Source of the DNA: Sedimentisphaerales bacterium
Lineage (GTDB): Bacteria; Planctomycetota; Phycisphaerae; Sedimentisphaerales; SM23-30
Length of the DNA stretch: 64,000 nucleotides
Direction: 5' to 3' (one strand)
Assembly: GCA_963666285.1 (NCBI GenBank)
Contig: OY762711.1
In this document: one piece after another, positions 41,701 to 50,946 of the stretch
How positions within the stretch are numbered: position 1 is the first letter of the stretch
How the letters are laid out: each line of letters opens with the position of its first letter
The notes under the pieces: generated by a model
What the model was told of the DNA's origin: nothing
The model's database searches: none
Seen by the model: the letters and a program-made list of their open reading frames with translations, nothing else
Program-made: the position numbers and the translations under genes

Positions 41701-41982
41701 GTCGAGTAGGCATAATATGGTTCCTATCATATAGTTATATATAAGGAACTTCAATACCCCTCACAGAACCGGACTTGTGGCTTTCCCACATCCGGCTCTT
41801 CGGTTTAACTCACCTTACATGTGACATTCGTAAAAACTATGTACTATCCGCGGTTTCGGCAACGGATAATGATTCAGGTACTCTGTAAACTTAGCCCAGT
41901 TCATCTTACGCTTCTGACTACGCCTGTTCAGCCATTTCTTTACCATCCTAAGTGTTAGTTTGTAAAACTTTATTATTCCTAT
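41701..41982 (-). mobile_element. Truncated group II intron: maturase C-terminus, domain V, domain VI and 3' splice end
   Basis: Minus strand encodes ...KKWLNRRSQKRKMNWAKFTEYLNHYPLPKPRIVH...stop (41815-41982), then GAGCCGGATGTGGGAAAGCCACAAGTCCGGTTCTGTGAGGGG and a CTACTCGAC end. Confidence 0.92.
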
Positions 41983-42184
41983 GGGCCTTGTGAATGAAAA
42001 ACTTTATATTTAAATGTATTTCCGAGCTATTTCTAGAAAGTATATTTAATTCAAAGCGTTGCAGGAAGGCCCTTTTAGACGGTTTTTACAACTTAAAAAC
42101 TGCGAAAGTAAACTAAAAAGATAGTGTACTAATCTACACAGGGAACTTATTTTTAATCGACTGCGGCGGAAAATGCTTAACCAC
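41983..42184 (+). repeat. Repeat family A, copy 3 (5'-truncated)
   Basis: Aligns with 4444-4645, including the TAGTGTACTAATCTACAC...GCGGCGGAAAATGCTTAACCAC tail. Confidence 0.9.
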
Positions 42185-42212
42185 TGGACACGGATAAAAA
42201 TGCGGCATTATA

Positions 42213-43406
42213 TTATTCTGTTTCTAGTGATGGTGCAGGTTCGGCTTTACGTTCATCTTCCGGTTTGATGAAGAAAGTGGTGATAAGTCCGATGATTGAG
42301 CCGACTAATATGCCGAAGAGTAAGCCAGGCAGGATGCCCTCCAGGAAGGATTCGCCGGTAAGTGTAACAATAATTCCGTGGATAAGGCCGGAGCTGACGG
42401 CACCGCAAAGAGAAGCGGGCAGAACGGTCCAGAGTACTAAAACCGGGCTGTTTTTGATTTTGCCGGGGATATTAGAGATGACGGCATAATACCAGATAGC
42501 AAGCAGTATGCCGGAGGAGAGGCCAAGTAAGCTGCCCAAACCACTTTCATGGAATGACATATGAACCAAATAAGAAATACTGCCAAGGCCCCAGCCTAGA
42601 AAAGAAACAAATATCGTAAAGGCGATAAGTTTACCGATTTTGGGCCTGGGTATGGGTAATCTCCATACCGATAAAAGGACGAAGGCAGCAAGTGAAGCGA
42701 TAATAATCCAGACCTGCTGATAGGCATTGGTCAGGGCCTGGTTGGCCTGATCGATTTTGGGCTGGATGATATGTGAGTAATCGGTGTTTGCGGTGTCCCA
42801 GCAAAGTGAAGCAAGCTTGTCCAACTTGACAGGCATAACGCGAGTATCACAGAATAATATGGGATAGTAATGGCAGCCGGGTTTGATGGTAAGCAGTTCG
42901 GGACCGCCGGAGATATTCCAGCGATCTTTATAGACCTTTGTACCTTTAAGATGATTGAAATAGCCATTTTCATCAGTCTGCATGAATCCTCTTTGCTCGA
43001 TGGGATAGTCCCTGCTTTGGCCGTCAGTATCAAGATCGGCATCGAAAGCCATTACCAATTCCGCAGGAGAAGCATCATTAATCTCGGTGCTATTCAATAC
43101 GAAAGTAGTTTCTCCGTCAATATAATCGCTATTGTAAGTTTTAAAGCATTGCGGGGTAACGTCTGAATATTGGATAAGCAGGTCGCACCATTTGTCTTTG
43201 GCCGGGGTAGAACCTTTATTTACGTTCATGTACATACTCATAGCATTACCAACGCCATACAGGCCTGGTGTGCCAACATAGCCCAATACCGCTTCTGCTC
43301 CCCTGCTGACGAGATATAAGCCAGAAATGATTAGCAGCAGTATGCAAATTATAAATGTTGATATGAATGTTGAGCCAGTTTTCCAATTGTTGTTTGTATT
43401 TGTCAT
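42213..43406 (-). CDS. Hypothetical multi-pass membrane protein with a periplasmic domain
   Basis: N-terminal TM; periplasmic region (WCDLL, LFCDTRV) reminiscent of pilin-like H-x9-DG domains; about five C-terminal TMs. Confidence 0.7.
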   Translation of the reverse strand: MTNTNNNWKTGSTFISTFIICILLLIISGLYLVSRGAEAVLGYVGTPGLYGVGNAMSMYMNVNKGSTPAKDKWCDLLIQYSDVTPQCFKTYNSDYIDGETTFVLNSTEINDASPAELVMAFDADLDTDGQSRDYPIEQRGFMQTDENGYFNHLKGTKVYKDRWNISGGPELLTIKPGCHYYPILFCDTRVMPVKLDKLASLCWDTANTDYSHIIQPKIDQANQALTNAYQQVWIIIASLAAFVLLSVWRLPIPRPKIGKLIAFTIFVSFLGWGLGSISYLVHMSFHESGLGSLLGLSSGILLAIWYYAVISNIPGKIKNSPVLVLWTVLPASLCGAVSSGLIHGIIVTLTGESFLEGILPGLLFGILVGSIIGLITTFFIKPEDERKAEPAPSLETE

Positions 43407-43532
43407 AATATAGATTAGTTAGCGGTGAATTAATTATAAATACTGAACTAATTCTCAAAGACTTTAACCACAGACACGAATCCGCCTCAGGCGGATTTCA
43501 TTCCGCTCGTGTTTTATTAATAATATTTTATA

Positions 43533-43646
43533 TTATAGAACGATTCTTTCCCATTGTAATTTTGGATATTTTAAATTAAGGATTAGGCCTACACGTAAAC
43601 CTGATATTCTGAGGTAAATTATTATTTGACCTTTTTCGTTGCGGAT
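43533..43646 (-). pseudogene. GxxExxY (PD-(D/E)XK-like) protein C-terminal remnant
   Basis: Manual translation IRNEKGQIIIYLRISGLRVGLILNLKYPKLQWERIVL*, matching the family tail Q..NYL...G...GL..NF...L...R; no start or N-terminus. Confidence 0.8.
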
Positions 43647-43992
43647 AAGTTTGCCAGCTAAAATATATAAGAGGTGAACCACGGATTCACACCGATGGAC
43701 ACTGGTTTTATTACTGAGGAGGCGAGCTACGCTAAATGAAAAATGAAAGGTGAAAAATGAAAAATTGAGGTGTCCTGATGTACGTTGACATCAGGAATAA
43801 TTCGCATTCGCGGACGACGTATTTTAAATCGCGCGGGTGGGCTAAGAGCTAAACCACGAATGGACACGAATTCACACCAATAATATATAAGGTGACTCGC
43901 TACCGCTCGTGTTTTATTATATATTTTTAGCTTACACAAGTGGACACAAATAAGAATGTGACTTTTCTTGCAGATATTACTGGAAAGATGAC

Positions 43993-44406
43993 TTATTGTC
44001 CCTTTATATAACTTGTAACTCTTCGCAAATATCTGGAGAATTCGTAGACATCCTTAAATTTATTATCTTTGACATATTTAATGTAAAGAGGCAAACTGGA
44101 ACCATCTTCCAGATATACCATTAGAGTTATTTCTTCAGGATCTTTTGGAGGTAACTTAAGGTCTTTAAAATCACTAAAATTCAAGAAAAAATATTCACCA
44201 TCCTCATAGATTATATGCAAACCTTTATCGGTAGTTACTATACAATCGTTAAGTTTATATGGAGCATTATAATAGACGCCATACAACTGTTCACCTTGCT
44301 GCAATTTAATCACAGAAAGCAATTGATCTTGCAGAGAATCGTTAGCCTCTTTGTAATTTTTCAAGCTGCGTAAGATTCTACCGGTAATGCTTTTTACCAT
44401 GTTCAT
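43993..44406 (-). CDS. AT-rich hypothetical protein (137 aa, MNMVKSITGR...)
   Basis: Plausible portion of the 43993-44880 ORF; begins just after the phosphoesterase stop codon. Confidence 0.65.
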   Translation of the reverse strand: MNMVKSITGRILRSLKNYKEANDSLQDQLLSVIKLQQGEQLYGVYYNAPYKLNDCIVTTDKGLHIIYEDGEYFFLNFSDFKDLKLPPKDPEEITLMVYLEDGSSLPLYIKYVKDNKFKDVYEFSRYLRRVTSYIKGQ

Positions 44407-44435
44407 ATGTATATTCCCAAAATTGAACAAATAAT

Positions 44436-45476
44436 TTATTTGAGGTCGGGATATGAGATTCGTTTGCTGCCTTCGACGGTGTGCCAGGTTTTGAATTCGT
44501 CGCAGCCTTCGGTGAGTTCGATAATGCGGCCCCCTTTGGCGAATCCGTCCTGGCTGTATGACCTGAAGCCGGTTTTGCGGCCGTAGCATAGTTTTATGCC
44601 GGCGAAGGAAGACTGGAAGTCGTTGACATGATCGTGGCCGACGAACATAGCCTTTACATTGCCCTTTTCGAGAGCGGCGGCGAAGAACCCTGAATTGAGT
44701 TCCGGGCAGCAGACGTCCTCGTTGAACTCGCCGATGTACTTTTTCTTTTTGACAACGTCGGCGTATTCGGGGATGGGTATATGGAAGAAAGCGAGGGCCG
44801 GGAGCGGTTTGCCGGTTTGCGGGTTGATATGTTTGCCGGACTGGTTTCTGAACCATTCGATCTGGTCGGGCATGATCCAACCGTAGCCGTCGAACTCTTT
44901 AATATTGGAATAGCCGTTGGAGTCGATCATGAAAAGGGTATATGCCGGGCTGTCGTTGTCGGCGGAAAGGATATCGAGGATATAGTTTGACATGCCGGAG
45001 ATGGCCGGTACGTTTTTGGGGCAGCAGGTGTAAGGTGTGTCAGTTGTGATCTGCCAAAGCTGCTGACGGGAACAGCTGCCTTCATCGTCATGGTTGCCGA
45101 AGACCATCGCCCACGGGACCTTGTGTGAGGCGATTGCGGTTAGTATGCCGCGCTGGGCATGGTCGGAGTCGGCATCTTCGCCGCTGATAACATCGCCGGT
45201 TAAAACTATGAGGTCCGGCTTTTCGAAATTGACGATCTCGTGGATGAGGTTCGCGGTTTTGATATCGTCTTCTGTGCCGTCGAGCCAGTGGGTATCGGTA
45301 AACTGCAGGATCTTGAACTTACGGTCTTTATTGAACCGGAGGGTCGGAGCGGCGGACGCTGGGCCGGGAGCGGCGGTTGCCTGGCCGGTGCCGCAACCGG
45401 AGACTAATAGAGCGCCGGTGGAAGCAGATGCAAGTTTGAGGAAATTACGGCGGTGGATATTGTTCTTCTCGTTCAT
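44436..45476 (-). CDS. Tat-exported calcineurin-like metallophosphoesterase (Dcr2-like)
   Basis: RRNFLK signal; FTDTH, TGD, GNHD, FFHIP, GHDHVND. Confidence 0.92.
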   Translation of the reverse strand: MNEKNNIHRRNFLKLASASTGALLVSGCGTGQATAAPGPASAAPTLRFNKDRKFKILQFTDTHWLDGTEDDIKTANLIHEIVNFEKPDLIVLTGDVISGEDADSDHAQRGILTAIASHKVPWAMVFGNHDDEGSCSRQQLWQITTDTPYTCCPKNVPAISGMSNYILDILSADNDSPAYTLFMIDSNGYSNIKEFDGYGWIMPDQIEWFRNQSGKHINPQTGKPLPALAFFHIPIPEYADVVKKKKYIGEFNEDVCCPELNSGFFAAALEKGNVKAMFVGHDHVNDFQSSFAGIKLCYGRKTGFRSYSQDGFAKGGRIIELTEGCDEFKTWHTVEGSKRISYPDLK

Positions 45477-45599
45477 TTTTAACCTTGCTTTGTTTGTTCA
45501 AACTGATTGATGGCAGTTTGAAGGATGTCGGGAAATTTATTTATAAAAATACTAACAGATATTTTACCTATGAGAGAGGAATAGTAAATATAAAAGTTA

Positions 45600-45665
45600 G
45601 AAGAAAGGAGCGAGAAGAGAGGAGTTCTGGTGGTGTCGCTGCGCGACCTTAGTTTAAAGCCGGCG
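45600..45665 (+). repeat. 66-bp direct repeat (left of second ankyrin gene)
   Basis: GAAGAAAGGAGCGAGAAGAGAGGAGTTCTGGTGGTGTCGCTGCGCGACCTTAGTTTAAAGCCGGCG; one mismatch to 46755-46820. Confidence 0.93.
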
Positions 45666-45853
45666 AGGAATATAACGTTCGGTCACCCTCGCGGCTCTGA
45701 TATTTTAATGTAAAATAAAGTTAATTAGAAACTGGTTATATTCTGGGAAAAGAATATGCATTTTGATTGCGGGAAGAATAATGATAGCATACAAAATCAC
45801 ATTTAGTTATTTAAAAAATTCAAAAAACTATGTAATAAAACTTTAGCGATCTT

Positions 45854-46642
45854 TTAATTGGCTTTATTTTCAAGATATTCTTCGAGCAGTTTGATAAGCT
45901 GTTCATTATCGTTGTCAATAGCCAAGCTGAGCGGCGAGCGAATACCTTCGAATTTCTCCCGCCAGGACACTTCCGGGTCGGCGTCTGCTTCGAGCAATAA
46001 TTTCACTATTTCGAAGCTGTCATTTTTAATTGCTGCCATAATAGGATAAAGACTAGTAAATCCAACTTGCGGCAATTGAATCCTAATTGAGCCGTCACTA
46101 CTACTTCCAAAGTTTTCATATGGAAATTGCGAATAATCAGGTTCGGCACCACAATCCAGCAAAAGCCTAACAAGATCAGCGTTACCATTAACTGCAGCAT
46201 AATATAATGGAGAGCATCCATAATCATTTGAAACGTTAGTATAAGCGCCAGCATATAAAAGTTCTTCAGCTACTTCATAATTATTATTCTTACATGCAAT
46301 ATTTAATGCAGTATCAGTACATATGCCAGATACTTCCTTTTTGAAATCTGCTTTGTAAACATCATTAGAGTCCTGTTCGATATCGAATGAAATATAAGAA
46401 AAATCAAACATACTGTCTGGTATTTTGCAGTTTATGTCTATACCCTGGTTAATAAGATTTTTGACTGTTCCGAGATCTCCATTTTTTGCCGCCAGAGCTA
46501 AAGTTATTTCAGGAGTGCTATTATCGCTTGAAACTGAAAGATCAATTGACTGCCCAGAACTATCAGCTGATTGTAATGGATTTGTATTTAATACAACTAC
46601 AAGATATGTGTATAAGACTATAGTAAAAACATTTGTTCGCAT
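45854..46642 (-). CDS. Secreted ankyrin-repeat protein
   Basis: Signal-like N-terminus; TALNIACKNNNYEVAEELLYAGA, GCSPLYYAAVNGNADLVRLLLDCGA. Confidence 0.9.
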   Translation of the reverse strand: MRTNVFTIVLYTYLVVVLNTNPLQSADSSGQSIDLSVSSDNSTPEITLALAAKNGDLGTVKNLINQGIDINCKIPDSMFDFSYISFDIEQDSNDVYKADFKKEVSGICTDTALNIACKNNNYEVAEELLYAGAYTNVSNDYGCSPLYYAAVNGNADLVRLLLDCGAEPDYSQFPYENFGSSSDGSIRIQLPQVGFTSLYPIMAAIKNDSFEIVKLLLEADADPEVSWREKFEGIRSPLSLAIDNDNEQLIKLLEEYLENKAN

Positions 46643-46754
46643 AGTTTATCTCTATTAACAATGGATATCAATTTATTACAACAATGATAACATGAGAATA
46701 AATATCCGTCAATAATTTTCCAGCAGGGAAAGATGAGGAAATGGAAGAGAGAGC

Positions 46755-46820
46755 GAAGAAAGGAGCGAGAAGAGAGGAGTTCTGGTGGTGTCGTTGCGCG
46801 ACCTTAGTTTAAAGCCGGCG
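46755..46820 (+). repeat. 66-bp direct repeat (right of second ankyrin gene)
   Basis: Matches 45600-45665. Confidence 0.93.
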
Positions 46821-47035
46821 TGGAAGTAAGTTTTCGAGAGATTGTTAAAATAGAGCGAGAAGATAGGGAATTATGAAAAGTTGTAAGCAGCCGTATCATT
46901 AAAGAATCTAAAATTCTTGACCGGTGGATGATGTTTCTGTTAGAATTGCTAATAGCCGGTGCCTGGAGACGGGTATCATATATGGATCAAATACGGATGA
47001 GCAAAATAATGGCGAATCAGGAACAGGATATTAAT

Positions 47036-47917
47036 ATGAAAATAATCGATAGCGTGAAATTGGCGGCGGTATTATTGGCGATGATTTTTCTGGCGGGCGA
47101 GGTGTATGCCGAGGAATCTAATGGTAAGCCGGAGAATGAGCATGCGGTAGTGAAGCTGTGGCCGGGTGAGGTGCCGGGAAAGGTGACCGAGAATGGCGAG
47201 CATGCGATGCCGGACCGGGGTGATGGTGTGACGCGGTTGACGGATGTGAGCTGTCCGACGATGACGCTGTATCTGCTGGATAAGAAGTCGCCGGCGGTGC
47301 TGGTGTGTCCGGGCGGCGGGTATAGTATCCTGGCGATTAATAAGGAAGGGTACGAGATAGCGGAATGGCTGAACTCGGTCGGGTTTAATGCGATAGTATT
47401 GAAGTATCGCGTGCCGGGGAATCGGGCAGGTGCGTTTCAGGATGTTCAGCGTGCGATGGGGCTGATACGGCAGAACGCGGAGCAGTGGAAAATAGACGCC
47501 GAGAAGGTCGGGGTGATGGGTTTCTCGGCGGGCGGTCATCTGTCGGCTAGGTTGAGTACAAATTATGCGGTGCGGAGCTATGAGCCTGTCGATAAGGCAG
47601 ACGAGCTGAGCTGCAGGCCGGACTTTACGATATTGGTGTATCCGGCGTATCTGTCGAAAGAGAATTATGGGCTGGCTGATGAGATAAAGGTTGATGATCA
47701 TACGCCGCCTGCGTTTTTGATACAGGCTCAGAATGACAGATCTTATGTTGACAGCAGTATCGCGTATTACCTGGCGTTGAAAGAGGCCGGGGTGCATGGC
47801 GAGCTGCATCTGTTTCCGAGCGGCGGGCATGGATTCGGGCTGCGCGGGCCGAACCCGACGGCAGTTGCGTGGCCGAAACTATGCGAAGCATGGCTAAATA
47901 AAATAAGTGAAGAGTGA
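47036..47917 (+). CDS. Secreted alpha/beta hydrolase (acetyl esterase/xylan esterase-like)
   Basis: CPGGGY, GFSAGGHL, RPDF, GGHGFG. Confidence 0.9.
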   Translation: MKIIDSVKLAAVLLAMIFLAGEVYAEESNGKPENEHAVVKLWPGEVPGKVTENGEHAMPDRGDGVTRLTDVSCPTMTLYLLDKKSPAVLVCPGGGYSILAINKEGYEIAEWLNSVGFNAIVLKYRVPGNRAGAFQDVQRAMGLIRQNAEQWKIDAEKVGVMGFSAGGHLSARLSTNYAVRSYEPVDKADELSCRPDFTILVYPAYLSKENYGLADEIKVDDHTPPAFLIQAQNDRSYVDSSIAYYLALKEAGVHGELHLFPSGGHGFGLRGPNPTAVAWPKLCEAWLNKISEE

Positions 47918-48189
47918 AGAATTAAGAGTGAAGAGTTGCGGTGTCCCGATGTGCATCGGGACCTTGTTTTAAATGGCTGACGCCGAATGTGCCGTCTGGT
48001 TACTCTTGCGGAGAGGAATTGAAATTGGAAATATTAATGACCGTTCATTCTGAACGGGACGGGCGGTAACAGAAAGTGTTGTCGCCGTGGAGCGACAAGT
48101 GAAATGAAAAACTAATGAAATATAGACATGACCTGACAACACCCAATCCGACATATAAAGCTATTATATCAGCACAAAGGAAATCAAAA

Positions 48190-49575
48190 TTGAAAAAGAC
48201 ATTTATTATAATAATTCTTTGTACAACTTTCTTTACAACTCTCTCATGTAAAAATGAAAATTCCAGCATAAATATTCCTATCGAAGAAACAGCTAAAAAT
48301 GACATTGAAATAAATAATGAAAATAGCAACTCACAAATACATAATTATTACTCAAAAGGTTTAGAATTTTCGGAGAAAGGTGCCTATAAAGAAGCTTTAC
48401 AATATTTCTTAAAATCTGCAGAATTGGGTCATACAGAATCTCAATTTTATCTTGGAGCATATTATTTCGGTGGTCTCGGCGTATCAGAAGATTGCAAAGA
48501 GGCCATTAAATGGTTCACATCAGCTGCAAGTAAAGATCATGTAAAAGCCCAGTTTTTTCTTGGCCTTTGTTATTATGAAGGGCCAGATGAATATAGGAAT
48601 TATAACGAAGCATTTAAATGGTTTAGCCGAGCAGCAGAGAATAATCATGCTGAAGCTCAAAACTATCTAGGAGCCTGCTATGAACTAGGTAGAGGCTCAT
48701 TGCAGAATTATGAAAAAGCATTCAAATGGTATACAAAATCTGCAGAGCAAGGTCGTGGTGATGCTCAATACAATCTTGGCTTGTGTTATGATCAAGAACG
48801 CGGCACAATTCGTGACTATAGCGAAGCAGTAAAATGGTATACTAAATCAGCAGAACAGGGTTACGCAAAAGCCCGTCTGAACCTAGGAGTATACTATTTT
48901 GAAGGTCGGGGCGTAAAACAGGACCTAACCAAAGCTGTTAAGTTATTTGAACAATCCGCCGAGCAAGGTATTGCAAACGCACAATGCTACCTAGGATATT
49001 GTTATGCTAATGGTATCAGTGTATCTCAAAACGATCAAATAGCGGTACAATGGTATCTTAAATCTTCAATGCAAGATTATCCGCCTGCCCAACATAATCT
49101 TGGCAATTGTTATTATAAAGGTCTTGGAGTTAAACAAGATTATAACGAAGCAGTGAAGTGGTACACGAAAGCCGCTGAGCATAATTTTGTAGAGGCTCAA
49201 TTCAACCTTGGCATTTGTTACGGACAGGGCCAAGGCGTACAACTTGACTATAAAGAAGCCTTTAAATGGTATTTCAAAGCAGCCCAACAGGGGTATACTG
49301 ACGCTCAATACAATCTAGGAAATTATTATGCAAAAGGTAATGGAGTACAACAGAGCGACAATGAAGCAGTGAAGTGGTATACTAAAGCTGCTGAGCAAGG
49401 TCATGCCGGAGCACAATATAATCTAGGCATATTTTATACTGAAGGATACGGAGTGCCACAAAACTATATTGAAGCTGCCAAATGGTTTGAAAAAGCCGCT
49501 CAACAAGGTGATATAGATGCCCAAGAGATGCTAAAAAAGATAGCCTCTAAAAATGCTTACACAGAAGAATTTTAG
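48190..49575 (+). CDS. Sel1-like repeat lipoprotein
   Basis: About eleven SLR units (AQYNLG..Y..G.GV.QDY.EA.KWY.KAAEQG); TTG start at 48190 gives a signal peptide ending in lipobox TLSC. Confidence 0.92.
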   Translation: MKKTFIIIILCTTFFTTLSCKNENSSINIPIEETAKNDIEINNENSNSQIHNYYSKGLEFSEKGAYKEALQYFLKSAELGHTESQFYLGAYYFGGLGVSEDCKEAIKWFTSAASKDHVKAQFFLGLCYYEGPDEYRNYNEAFKWFSRAAENNHAEAQNYLGACYELGRGSLQNYEKAFKWYTKSAEQGRGDAQYNLGLCYDQERGTIRDYSEAVKWYTKSAEQGYAKARLNLGVYYFEGRGVKQDLTKAVKLFEQSAEQGIANAQCYLGYCYANGISVSQNDQIAVQWYLKSSMQDYPPAQHNLGNCYYKGLGVKQDYNEAVKWYTKAAEHNFVEAQFNLGICYGQGQGVQLDYKEAFKWYFKAAQQGYTDAQYNLGNYYAKGNGVQQSDNEAVKWYTKAAEQGHAGAQYNLGIFYTEGYGVPQNYIEAAKWFEKAAQQGDIDAQEMLKKIASKNAYTEEF

Positions 49576-49680
49576 CGATTAATAGTTTTATTAACTTTCC
49601 TAAACTGACCAATGCTCGGTTTGAAATGTTTTATCGCAAAAAAAGTGTAAAATCGTTCACTATGAAAATATTATATACTA

Positions 49681-50856
49681 TCATGGTAACGGGGTGTTGG
49701 GTTTAACGGCGTTGGCGGGGTATGGGTTGTCGGGCCCGAAGACGAGCATCGCGGCACGATCTTCGACAGTAACAAACGATTCGTCGATAGTGCCGTTAGC
49801 GTTTTGGACAGCGGCGAGGTCCAGGTTGAGATACCGTGCGAGGAATGGATAGGCGGCCATGCGTTTGGATATGCCATAGTCGTGTTTTTCGTCGGGGAAA
49901 TGGGCGTTTTGGACTTTATCGGCAGCTTTATATAATTGATAAACGCTTTTGACGTAAGGGTATTCTACCTGAGGGGTGTTTTTGGTCCAGTCGGAACCGT
50001 TGGAGATGAGCAGCTGCGGGCGCGGCGCGGCGAGAGCTGCGATCTCTGCGTTGTTGGTTTTGTGGAACGTGTTCTGGTGGATGGGCATGCCGCTTTCGCA
50101 GGAGCAGCCGCCGAAGAAATGAGCGGAGACCTGGCAGACCGGGACACTAACAGCGATGCGGTCGTCGATAGCGGTGAGGATGAATGTCTGGGTACTGCCG
50201 CCGGAACAGCCGGTCATGCCGATACGGTCGGGGTCTATATCTGGCAATGACAGTATATAGTCGAGAGCTCGGATACTGTTCCAAGTTTGGAGTCTGAGTA
50301 CTTCAGGTACCTCATTGTGCGACCAGCCAGCCTCTTTCCAATCGCCGTAGCCGACCATATCATAAAGGAAGACAGCGGCGCCCATGCGGGCGAGAACGGC
50401 GCAGCGTTTCTGTCTATTGGGATGAAAACGGCCGCCGTGGCCATGCGGGCATAGTATGCCGGCGAGTGATGGATATTGTTTGGTTGGCAGATAGAGTGAG
50501 CCGGTGACGTAGAAGCCGGGCGAGCTCTGGAAAACGACACTCTGGACAGAGTAGCCGTCGTAGATACGCTTGTTATAATACTGAGGTTTGAGAGGAGTCT
50601 TTTTGGGAGGGTCCGCCAGGCGTGCGCCTTGGATGATGCCGGAGCGGATGGCAGCTTTTCGTTCTTTCCAGCCGGCGAGGTCTGAATATGATGCTTTGAA
50701 CTGCAGCAGCTCGGCGGCAGCTTCTTCGGGGGTCTGGGCCTGGCCCTGCCGGAGAGCAGGCACATATAAAGCTGCTTTATCGGGCGGAGTAGTTTTTTGC
50801 TGCTGACAGCCGGAGAGGAGAATGAATGAAACCGCAATTAAAATATAAGCTCTCAT
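49681..50856 (-). CDS. Lipoprotein alpha/beta hydrolase (acetylxylan esterase-like)
   Basis: LSGC lipobox; [26 protein letters not shown]. Confidence 0.85.
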   Translation of the reverse strand: MRAYILIAVSFILLSGCQQQKTTPPDKAALYVPALRQGQAQTPEEAAAELLQFKASYSDLAGWKERKAAIRSGIIQGARLADPPKKTPLKPQYYNKRIYDGYSVQSVVFQSSPGFYVTGSLYLPTKQYPSLAGILCPHGHGGRFHPNRQKRCAVLARMGAAVFLYDMVGYGDWKEAGWSHNEVPEVLRLQTWNSIRALDYILSLPDIDPDRIGMTGCSGGSTQTFILTAIDDRIAVSVPVCQVSAHFFGGCSCESGMPIHQNTFHKTNNAEIAALAAPRPQLLISNGSDWTKNTPQVEYPYVKSVYQLYKAADKVQNAHFPDEKHDYGISKRMAAYPFLARYLNLDLAAVQNANGTIDESFVTVEDRAAMLVFGPDNPYPANAVKPNTPLP

Positions 50857-50946
50857 AGAATCACCTTTCTTTTGATCGATAATATGCTAAAGGATGAACT
50901 TAAACAGCATAATCACAATCGTTGCGACATGCCAGAAAATTACAGG

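Noticed and set aside
44407..44880. Arg-rich N-terminal extension of ORF 43993-44880
   Set aside because: Alternative frame inside the phosphoesterase gene; only the part from 44406 looks like a real gene.
47072..47830. 252-aa antisense ORF and similar shadow ORFs over trp, mfd and GH genes
   Set aside because: Opposite or overlapping well-supported genes, with biased low-complexity composition.
48300..49520. DNA-level repeats in the Sel1 gene as a diversity-generating retroelement template/variable pair
   Set aside because: Explained by 36-aa SLR protein repeats; no adenine-specific mismatch pattern noticed and no intact reverse transcriptase nearby.
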